Part shown: piece after piece, positions 54,230 to 64,000 of the stretch
Layout: each line of letters opens with the position of its first letter
Position numbering within the stretch: the stretch's first letter is position 1
Source of the DNA: Camelus ferus
Lineage: Eukaryota
Direction of reading: 5' to 3'
NCBI RefSeq assembly: GCF_009834535.1
Contig: NC_045697.1
Coordinates: 42,100,001-42,164,000 of the forward strand
Length of the DNA: 64,000 nucleotides
Notes under the pieces: generated by a model
The model's input: the letters and a program-made list of their open reading frames with translations, nothing else
What the model was told of the DNA's origin: nothing
Database searches by the model: none
Made by a program: the position numbers and the translations under genes

Positions 54230-55496
54230 TTTTTTTTTAATTGAAGTATAGTTGATTTACAAATTAGTTTCAGGTGCGCAACATAGTGACTCGGTATTTT
54301 TATAGATTATACTCCTTTAAATTTATTATAAAATATTGGCTATATTCACTGTGCTGTACACATTACATCCTTGCGTCTTTTTAAAATTAATTAATTTTCA
54401 TTTTTAAATTTTTTATGATGTTTGGTGTTCAAGTAGAAAATGAATAATACATACAGATTAATAGGAGGCTTAGCCGATGAAAATTTCAATTGAAATTCCT
54501 AGTATGGAATACTTACAAATAAAGACTACTACAAATAGCATGACTGTATTTTCTGGTAAAAATAATAAGAAGACAACATAATATGCTTAAAAAGTATTTT
54601 GTGATAAAATGATGATTAGTTATCAGATAGCCAGCCCATAGTTAACAAATTAGATGTGAGGAAAAAACATTTGCTTCTTTGTCTTAAATTTCAAACAAAT
54701 TATTTTTTAAATGTATTTTGTGTACATCCTTGCATCTTATTTATTAGTAGTTTGTATGTACCTCTTAATCCTCTTTCCCTGTCTTCCCACTCTCCCTCCC
54801 CTCTCCTCACTGGTGACCCATAGTTTTTTCTCTATCTGTGAGTCTGTTTCTGTTTTGTAATATTCATTCGTTTTATTTTTTTAGATTCCACATACAAGTG
54901 AAAACATACAGTATTTGCCTTTCTTTATCTGATTTACCTCAGTAAGCATAATTCCCTCCAGGTCCATCCATGTTGTTGCAAAGGGTAAAATTCCATTCTT
55001 TTTTTTAATAGCTGAGTACTATTTCATTGTAAATATATGCCAAAACTTCTTTATCCATTCATCTGTTGATGGTCACTTAGGTTACTTCCATATCTTGGCT
55101 TTTGTAATAATGCTGCTATGAACATTGGGGTGCATATACCTTTTCAAATTAGTATTTGTGTTTTCTTCAGATATATATCCAGGTACATAAAGAGCTCATA
55201 CAACTCAATATTTAAAAAAAAATTTTTTTAAATCGGCAGAAGACTTGAATAGACATTTTTCCAAAGACACACAGATGACCAACAGGCACATGAAAAGTTG
55301 CTCAACATCCCTAATCATCAGGGAAATGCAAATCAAAACCACAATGAGGTATCACCTCACACTTGTCAGAACGGCTATTATCAAAAAGACAGCAATTATA
55401 AGTGTTTACGAGAATATGGAGAAGAGGGGACCCTCCTATAGCGTTGGTGGGAATGTAAATTGGTACAGTCTCTACGGAAAACAGTATGGAGGTTCT
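54230..55496 (-). mobile_element. LINE-1 with 5' inversion (twin priming), interrupted by a 343-bp insert
   Basis: Poly-T at 54230, antisense L1 3' UTR/ORF2 end to 55183, then sense-strand ORF2 sequence 55184-55496 (NRHFSK...[16 protein letters not shown]...). Outer TSD not identified. Confidence 0.88.
54380..54722 (-). other. TSD-flanked unique AT-rich insert (retrocopied RNA fragment or orphan 3' transduction)
   Basis: 16-bp TSD tacatccttgc(g/a)tctt at 54364-54379 and 54723-54738; decayed T-rich tail at the left end; L1 sequence is continuous once the insert is removed. Confidence 0.7.
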
Positions 55497-56199
55497 GGGG
55501 GGGGGGAGGAATAGATATATATACACATACACATAACTTGGCTTTTTCAAGTTTGATCTCTCACCCGAAACTTAGACCTGCCCCCTTCTCTCTCCACCTC
55601 CACCTGTTGCTCACACTGTTCCTGGGCATACTCAGTGGTGGATATAAAATCAGTTACTGCAACGCAGTGCACTGTTCATGAAAATAGAAGGGCTGCATCT
55701 TTACAGTCATCTTTTTACTATAATTTGATGCGTGCACCATTAAAAGTACTGACACATGAGAATTTTTGCCTCAAAAAAAGAAGTTCATCCCTTACCTGGG
55801 TTTACTGGTATCATTCCACAAATAAACTACTTGCCCTAGAGGGAAAAAATGTCCCCATGTCTGGGAATTAAGCAATGGAGATAGATCAGTGGAGCTGCGA
55901 GGTCCATACCTTTCTTGTTCCTGTCTCACCAGAAAATAAATTCTAGCCAAGCCGATGACTATCAGTTGATTCAGTTACAGGCCTGTGAGAGATGGAGTTT
56001 CTTTTCTCAAAGAGAACCTGGATAGTGGTAAGCCATCCCAGGGGCCCCAACTCATCAGCATAAGAATGTGTCATCTAAAAGACCTGCAGGAGAACTCTGA
56101 GGCCAGCTTCTGGAGATCCTGTTGAGACCAGGGTCTGTGTTATATGTCAAACACACTGAAACACAGATTATCATTCTAAAATTAATAGCTGAAGAGAAA

Positions 56200-56485
56200 A
56201 GCACTGAGTAGGTGACATATTAGAAATAGTGGGGTATTTGGATTCAGACAGATCTGGTTTTGATTATCAACTCTATACCCCTTACTTACTGTAATAGCTT
56301 GAGTAAGTTTTATCCCTTTGAGTCTAAACATCCTCATACAATGGGAATAGTAATGTCTGACTTAGATATAATATAGTTTACCCACAGAATTACTGATTAT
56401 TTCTAACTATTTCTCAAATTAGAAGTAGTGTATGTTAAAAATCTCATGGAGTGCTTGGTACTTAGTAGGTACTTAACTCATTAGC
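56200..56485 (+). mobile_element. MIR SINE (degenerate)
   Basis: ggattcagacagatctggtttt...cttacttactgtaatagcttgagtaagtt...aatgggaatagtaat...gtgcttggtacttagtaggtactt. Confidence 0.7.
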
Positions 56486-57355
56486 ATGAGAATTCAGGAC
56501 AAAATGAGAGGTTTACCCTGCTTGAGAAATTTGAAAAATTATTTTGTTTTCTGAAGGCTCAATTTGACGGACAGAATACAGCCCTAATAACTGCTCCATA
56601 AAGCCTCGATTTATTGATAGATTTCATTTGTACAAAAAAAGGAAGTTTTCTGTTTCTCAGAGATATCTTTGAGGGAACTCTTCTATACATTTATGGTATA
56701 TATATTGAAAAGAACTCACATGTTTGGCTTAAGTATCTACTTTCAAAATTAATCAGACATGATTTTCTTTCCAAGGTTTTCAAGAAATGTAACATTTGGG
56801 ACAAGGCCATTTTATTTATCAGGGAGTATAAAATCAGAACCGAGAATGTTTCAAGGAATCACAAAAAATAATCTGGAAAAATTATTGGCTCTGAAATACT
56901 AAACTGAAGCTACAAAATAGAATTTTATAAATATTCAACTACACGTCTTTAAAAAAGTTAAAGAAATGAAGGTAATTCAGTGTATCTCCATAATGGATTT
57001 GAGTTTATTTTTAAGTTAGTTAAAAGGTATGGGTACATTAAGCACATTAAAGTAAGGCTAAAAGGATGAAAACCACGTCACCAGAAAACCTCGACTAGGG
57101 TACAATTGTGCATTAAATTTAGTTCTGAGTTTCTTGGGTGGAAAGCTAAAATGAGAAATACGATAAAGTGAAAGAGGCTAATCCTAGCCTCTTCTCAGGA
57201 AAGAAGCAACACTAGTTCATCAAAGAGACACATTTTTAAAAGCAGTAAAAGCAAAGATGAATTTATGGAGATCTTAAAATAAGGAATATTGAAATATATA
57301 ACAAAAAGTACCAAGATATTTTCCATGGAACCTGTCTCTTTTATATGGACTCTCA

Positions 57356-57359
<4 letters not shown>

Positions 57360-57423
<64 letters not shown>
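57360..57423. repeat. (AAAT)16 tetranucleotide microsatellite
   Basis: Perfect tandem array read directly. Confidence 0.97.
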
Positions 57424-57425
<2 letters not shown>

Positions 57426-58519
57426 AAGTATCATATTAAAGCGTAATGAATGAAGACAATGTGACAAAAAAAGAAGTTGTAATATGATTACAATAGGTAA
57501 ATTTCCAGTCATATAATTCGACAAAAATAGAGAGCATGGAAGATTTAGAAAGCTGAGTAGACTATTATTTTTAAATATCAATGGTTGCTCTTCCAGTCTT
57601 CACAGAGATGCTATATAAGGATCAGCTTGAGAAATTTGAACTATATATGGTCCCTGGATAGTGCCTGAAACACAAGTATTATGCATTCTTTATTGAAAAA
57701 TTATCCACATGCTAAACAGCAGGTATGCAAGTGACAAAAATATCACCACTCTGAAAATGAAATAAGCCCATTTGTATTTTGGCTCAAAGGGAATGTAACC
57801 TCCACCTCTCTTCTATATGTTAGGCAGCAGAAATAACTGTAGACAAAGACAATTTTTTTTTCACGAAGGAACTTTGAGCTTAAATGGTCAAATGAGATGA
57901 AAATAAAACCAATGTAATAAAGAATAAGTAAAATGAAAGAAAGTGCCCTTCTCAGTTTCCTCCGCTCCATCCACTTCCATGTTCTCCTTTAATTAAATCT
58001 CATTTCCCTCAAGCACTAGCACTCAAGATAATTATTAAATAGCCATAATTGGTATTTCTATTTGGTTTTATTAATTAAGATTATTGCCCATTTCACAGGC
58101 AACAGAATCTCCAATTTAACTCCATCATTAGTCCTCACAGCTAAATCCAGGACCTCCCACTGGGATTTAGCAGGTTACAGATTTTATAGTATAATATTTA
58201 AAATAACTGTGGAAGATGTATATCTATTCTAACTGCTTCTGTTATCTTTAAACTCAAGTGTATTTTGCACTTTCAAAAATAAAAAATAGTTCCACAGTAG
58301 TTTTTTGTTTTTGTGGGTTTTTTTTTTTATTTTAGAATAGAAAAAGCACAATATTTTATCTATTATAGGAGTTAAATAGGCTTGCGTGGGCCAGTCTGGA
58401 AAGTGAATTTTGTTTGGTAGCATTGACTTTTGGAAAATGAACTCTGAGTCCAAATGGAAATTTTTCAAGTGGACTTTGGGGAAATAACTATCTGCATAAA
58501 TTGGAGTCTACCACTGTTT

Positions 58520-59075
58520 TACTCATTCATGACTTTGCTTGCTCATTTACTAAGGAAACATAAACAGGTGTCTACTACGTTTTAGACACTCTGCTAGGCA
58601 CTAGGATACAGGTAGTTCCCCTACCACCAATACAGCCATTAAAGAACTCATTGTAGTTGACTGTGGGGAGCACATAACAATTATTAAAATAATTATTCAC
58701 AGTATATTTAAAACAACCTGGAAGCAGACAAGATGAAATAGTTAATTCTTCCTGCACGGAACTGGGAAAGTCTTCCAGAGGGAGTTCCATTTGAAATGGA
58801 CCACCAATAATCAAGAAGAGCTTTCCAGGCAGAGGGCATTCCAGAAGAATGAAATCCAGGAGCAAGAAATCAGAAGTATGAAGAGTGAGAGGCCCTTATG
58901 TAGGAAGACAAAGCTAGAAAGGAAGGGCTTTGAAGAGCTTTTAGTCGCTGTACTAAAGCGTTTAGAGTTAATGTTATAGATTTTTGGAATCCATCAAAGG
59001 TTTTAGATCAAGGGACTTATAAAATTAGATCTACACTTTATAAAGATTAATTGTGGCAGTGCCACAGTAGAGTGG
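58520..59075 (-). mobile_element. L2 LINE 3' portion
   Basis: tcattcat...tctactacgttttagacactctgctaggcactaggataca...; ggaaagtcttccagaggga...ggcagagggcattccag...; ggaatccatcaaaggttttagatcaaggga. Confidence 0.75.
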
Positions 59076-61761
59076 GGACGCTGCTTATGCGCAGAGTAAC
59101 CTCTGAAAAGCAAACAGTCTTAGTCTCTTCATCAGAATAATCCCTCTGCCTTCAAATGTGCTTCTACTTAGCTGCTGAGACCATCCTAATCTTGTAAAGT
59201 GTGAGTTCATGTAGCAAAGACAGATGGGTTACCATGGCAAGACTCAATATGAAGCTCCAACTCTTAACACGAAGAGTATTCACTTCATGACTAAGTTGCC
59301 TATTTACAACTTTCATTTGAAATACCTTTCTCCATGTGGGAGACATCTTTTCCTTTAGTTACAAATTTAATTGTAAACAAGCATCTTTTTTTATTTTAAA
59401 TCTCTTCTGCTGTTTTTCCTCGGGAAAATGGGATCAGGGCGGAATGAATACCTCAGCTTCTTGTTATCATCAAGCTTCTCTACACCCTCGTGTGACCAAT
59501 TAGGTGGCTATTACTCGGCTCCAAGCTGAGGCTCCATCCACCTCCCCCCTCTTATTTTTCCAAGGCACTCACTTAGCTTTACCAAAAATTGAAACATAGC
59601 AGGAAGAAGGAATCAGCATTACATAAGCTCAGCTCGTAGGAAAAGAACTCTTCAACACTGGCCAGAAAAGACCACGGGAGAATAACTACAGGTAACTAAG
59701 ATGGTCCTACAGCCCTGCAAACACTTAGAACAGGAACCAAATGCATGGCCTGGACTTTGCAGCAGCACCACCTACTTTCAGTCCTGGGAAACCAACGCAG
59801 ACGCTAATGGGGCTAGAAAGAAAACATGCTTCAATGGGCCAGTAGGTCACAGCAAAACGATTCAGGGCACTGTTGGTAAACAGCAGCTAGGCTTTAGCCA
59901 AGACAGCAAAATAAACATACTCAAACCACTCATTACCACCTGCTGCACATTCCTCACCCTTCCTGCCCCACCCCACCCCCACTTCCCTTAACCCCTGCCC
60001 TTCACCCTGGAGAGTCCAAGATCACCCAGTAAATAAAACCATGACGATGGAAACATTCGGAGCTTTGGCCACTACTACCCAAAGCAAAACCTGAAAGGAT
60101 TTCACTGGGAATTTTAGCCTAGGACACTTTTCACTTCTACACTTAAATCTGCACTCTTGTCAGAACGGGTGCATTGTTATTCATTCTACAGTGATGTTTT
60201 TCTTGAGAATTTAATTCTTCCCCCACTTACTGCCGGGTTTGTATTTTCAAAGTGGTTCAAATTCACTGTATATATAGCCCACAAGAACACAGCTGAGAAA
60301 CCATTCTCCTCTCAAACCCAAACCCCTGAGATTAATAATACCAAATAACACAGTTGAAAGTCAAGGACTGACTGGGTTTCAACAGCCTTTCACACGTAAA
60401 AAAGATTACAGATTCTCCCCACTTTTATCATTCTAGTTGTGTATTCCTTACACATACCTCAAACTAACCTCCAGATCTGAAAAAGTTCAGTTTTTCCCTT
60501 ATTCTCACTTAAAGTTCTTTCCACCAAGAACATACCTCCTCTGAATGGTAGGGAGATTTTATTTATTTTAAGGTTTTGTCAATATATCGGTCCTCCAAGA
60601 TGTCTAAGGTGAATTCTCTGACAACTCAGTCATAGTCCGAAAGAGAACAGATTTCATGACTTGCCACCTGAAGGTCAGGCACTCAGGAAAGACAAAAAAA
60701 GGAATTGTATTAGTGGGCTCTCCTAGAGGTTGAAACATCCCCAGAGAAGAAGTATTAAGAAATTTAAAAAAGAGAGTGAGATCTTAACAAGTCTGATGTG
60801 GGCTTTATATTTGTTTTCTGGCTTTTCTTAACATATTAATTCTGTGTATTTTATGTTTTATGATGCCCAGCTTAATAGCAACATCCATTCTTGCCCTTAA
60901 GGGTTGGTTTTGAGTTCTAATTAGAATCAGGGGACAGATTGTTTGTATTTAATCTGTCTGTCCATCTTCTCAGTAATTGAGTAAAGCTCTTAACTCTACT
61001 GTAAATATCCCTGGGTTTCAATTAATTTGTCTTACTTAGTAGACACAGCAACACATATTGTTTTACTTATGGATAAGCAGATCCTTTACAACTTTTATAT
61101 TTCAAATACCCAATTTTGATTTTGATTGATTTATTTCCTCATTTCAGAAAGAGATGAAATAAAGATGTCTTGCTATGTTTAAAAAAAAAAGAGTAACAAA
61201 CTATGATGGAAGCAGAAATAGCTTGGAAATGATATTTTAAATGAATTAGTATAGGCATAGACTACAAGGGAATCTGGGCTCCCTATTACTGGCTAGTATT
61301 GAAAACCTAACATCTCTAAGGAACTCAGAGTAATAGTATCTCCCCTTCTATTTGGGGACTTAATAAAAGGTATGCAATCTGAAGTACTTTTTTTTAAGAT
61401 ACCATATTACATATTTATCCTCAAGAGAGTTTGGATACTTCCTCAAAAAGTTACTTCTTAAAAAACCTAAACAAATCTTTTGGGTGGCTTAAAATTCACC
61501 AAAGATTCCCTAACGCTTTGTTTGCAATGAAAATGTTTATTATTAAAATATATCTCTGTATGCCTGTTATCTAGGAAACGCTCACAGTATTAGACACTAG
61601 CGGAAACAAGCAGAGGGGAAGGGGAGGATGGATAGTAAGGGAATTGAACTGCACAGAGTTTTCATTAAAGTCATCTATTTTTAAGCTCAGAAACACATAC
61701 TGCCAGCTTGCGCCGTTTTTATCCATTTAAAAATAATAAAGGAGCATTGTTTCCCATCATC

Positions 61762-61798
61762 TGCACACGCGTGTACGCGCGCGCGCGCACACACACAC
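61762..61798. repeat. Alternating purine-pyrimidine tract with (CG)6 core followed by (CA)n
   Basis: tgcacacgcgtgtacgcgcgcgcgcgcacacacacac. Confidence 0.95.
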
Positions 61799-61956
61799 CG
61801 CACCAGCGCGAGATTCCAGCGATCCCTGCTCGCCCCCCGCAGCCCCTGCCCTTGGTGCAGGCAGCTGTGCCCGCAGCCCCCGCGCGCAGCCGAGGCCACC
61901 TCCCAGCCCTCCGGTGGTGGCCCCTGGGCGCACACCCCCGCAGCGGTGTCACCTAC

Positions 61957-62300
61957 CTTGCTCGGAGCGCAAGAGAAACTGGGGGCGGCGGCTGCTCCGA
62001 AGAAAAAGGCCCAGACAAGCCGAAAGAAAAGGAAAAGAAAAAAGAGGGGAGGGAGGTCTCCTTACTTCCCACAACAAGGGGAAGTGTTGCACCTCATGCA
62101 CTTGGTTGCTCCGCAGCTGTGGTTTTGGAGGAAATCCGAGGCGGCCCAACGAGTTGCGGCTGGGGTGGAAAGTTGTGGGTGTTTCCCCACCGCCGCTCGC
62201 GCCTCGATCCTCTCCAGTCCCCACTGCAGCCTTGACAGCCCCCCTGGCCTTGGCAACCCTGCGGATCCCCGCCGGTTTCCACCCTTAGCTGGGCTGAGTT
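61957..62300 (-). other. Candidate first exon(s) of the minus-strand host gene; donors at 61957 and 62066
   Basis: AAG|GTAGGT at 61957/61956 and GAA|GTAAGG at 62066/62065 inside the CpG island. The 5' end (TSS) is a guess. Confidence 0.5.
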
Positions 62301-63287
62301 GCCACATGCACTTGAGAAATCCTAGCAGTTGCGCAAAGAAGAGTCCCAGAAGTTAGAAAGAGTGATTGTGTGTGAATATACAGTACAAGAGGCTGGAACA
62401 ACTGAGCGGGGCCAACCCTCAGACGCAGCCCTGGGTTTCAGATTTCATTTGGCAACTGGCAGCTTCAGAAGATTCGAGCCGCACTGCTGGGGAGGCCGGG
62501 AGGAGCCCTGTTCTCGCCCAGTGACCACAGCTAGGGTTGTCTTAAAGCCTGAGTGACACTGCCGGGCGCCCGGCTCCCCTTCCGCCAGACAGAGCCCGCG
62601 GTGCCTCGGTCCCTCCGCAGCTGGCATCACTCGTTTTATTTTGTGTGTATCGTAGACACGCGTTCGTCCCAGATCTGGGGCTGTGGGTGTGGAGAAGGTT
62701 GGAGAATACAAGTCTCCCGCCCCCTAGGAGCTCTACATTTCTTTGCCAAAACCCCCCACACAGGTTTTACTTCCTTCCCTCAGCTACCTATGTAAAATCT
62801 TATTTCTGGAATCAGAATTACCCGGGTCCTTCAACCTGTATTGCTGGAAATATTTATTTAGATGGATGCCCTCTAGTTAGATCTTTAGAGAAATTCAAAA
62901 CATAATTACTTCCTTATCATGGTTTAAGAGCTCTCAGAATTACACAGTATGAAAGAAAGAGGACAGAGGAGTAAACATGTTGCAGATGCAGTCTCCCCCT
63001 CCACCCACTACCACCAAAAAACGCCTATTTCAAATCTATATATTACAGTACTAGTTACCTGGAATGCCAACTCAATTATTTCAAGAAACTTTATAAAAAT
63101 CTCTGCTTTAGATTATTGAAAAATCATCACTAGATTTCTTTAAGACACTAAATAAGAGTGTTCTCATTAGAGATCTCCCAGTTATACGGAAGAGTACACA
63201 TTCAAATTTAGAAACACCAAAAATAAAAATCTTTGTGGACACACGTTGTTTTTCGCTTTTATCTTTCTTTCTCCGGTTTTCTTCCAG

Positions 63288-63527
63288 GTGATCTGCCCCA
63301 TCCCAGCCTGATATTCCACTAGAAAATTGATTTTCTGGCAGGAGCATTCTCAGCCCTTTAATGAATCAAATTAAGCTCTGCGGGGGAAAAAATTCTTTTG
63401 GCAGTTCCTTTTTAAAATGTGTATGGTATTCCTAACCAGAAGCAATGTAGCTTATTGTCTAATTGGTAGGAATACATGATCTTTATCAACTCATGTGGCT
63501 TTATGTGTTCTACTTGCACCCTGGCAG
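63288..63527 (+). ncRNA. Candidate exon of a divergent plus-strand transcript
   Basis: About 40-nt polypyrimidine tract ending ttccag|G at 63287/63288; donor CAG|GTAAAT at 63527; another strong donor AGG|GTAAGT at 63976. Confidence 0.3.
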
Positions 63528-64000
63528 GTAAATGCCAATGGGTGGTTTTAGATAAAAGCTGGAAAACAATGAAATTAACCCAAATGAAATCTGCACACAC
63601 TTGATGGACTCAAGAGCCTCAGGAGGACAAGCATTGATAGGCATGATTCAAGATTCTGACATTTAAAAAAAGACAAGGAACCTATCAGGTCGGTAACCTA
63701 TTTCAGGATCTAACAACTACCACAAGCAATTCAGACTCAGGATGATACAAAATTGAACTCAAGGTGGTTGCTAAATAGTCCCTAATTCAAATGGTTAAGA
63801 CATGCCTCTGGGATACAACCTTGCATCCAATACCTTACCTTCACATCTCTTGACTTCCGTCTCCATCCTTCCCACCTGACATCACCTCACTGACATGTGT
63901 GATATATGTGATTATCTTAATCTAGGCAGTATAACTGAAGGATAGAAAGACTGTCACTTGAGGATTAAGCAGCAGGGTAAGTATATCTACCAAAGCCCCC

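Larger units (their letters stand above)
61700..62730. promoter_or_regulatory. CpG island / promoter, probably driving a minus-strand gene
   Basis: Abrupt rise in GC and CpG density over ~1 kb in an otherwise CpG-depleted window; contains two minus-strand splice donors. Confidence 0.85.

Noticed and set aside
57195..57581. 128-aa ORF with (IYLF)n repeats resembling a membrane protein
   Set aside because: Translation artefact of the (AAAT)16 microsatellite.
61687..62905. Dense overlapping ORFs up to 175 aa on both strands
   Set aside because: Expected from stop-codon scarcity in a GC-rich CpG island; low-complexity translations with no recognisable domain.
63108..63347. Minus-strand ORF MLLPENQFSSGISGWDGADHLEENRRKKDK...
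   Set aside because: The charged stretch is the complement of a plus-strand pyrimidine tract; no good minus-strand donor or known homology. Not fully excluded.
1..64000. A name for the host gene, or a novel multi-gene system
   Set aside because: No candidate exon peptide matched a protein I recognise, and the only enzyme-like ORF is a truncated L1 reverse transcriptase; naming a gene or system would be unsupported.

Overview
AT-rich, CpG-depleted mammalian genomic DNA, very probably camelid (alpaca/camel), because it carries a Vic-1-like tRNA-derived SINE. No complete protein-coding gene is present. The window looks like the 5' region/first introns of a large minus-strand gene that I could not identify. 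It has a CpG-island promoter at about 61.7-62.7 kb with minus-strand splice donors, a weaker CpG-rich candidate promoter/exon at about 48-49 kb, and several candidate short alternative first exons further down. Most recognisable sequence is transposon-derived: a young 5'-truncated LINE-1 with a perfect 15-bp TSD and one frameshift (the only long ORFs), an older twin-primed (5'-inverted) L1 that itself carries a TSD-flanked 343-bp insert of unique sequence, a 63-bp L1 3'-end micro-insertion, old L1M, L2, MIR, MaLR/ERVL LTRs and hAT DNA transposons (MER20 with an intact 8-bp TSD). Repeat subfamily names are from recall of consensus sequences and most boundaries are approximate. I see no convincing new biological system; the best leads are the captured sequence inside the L1, the candidate array of alternative first exons, and a possible divergent antisense transcript.
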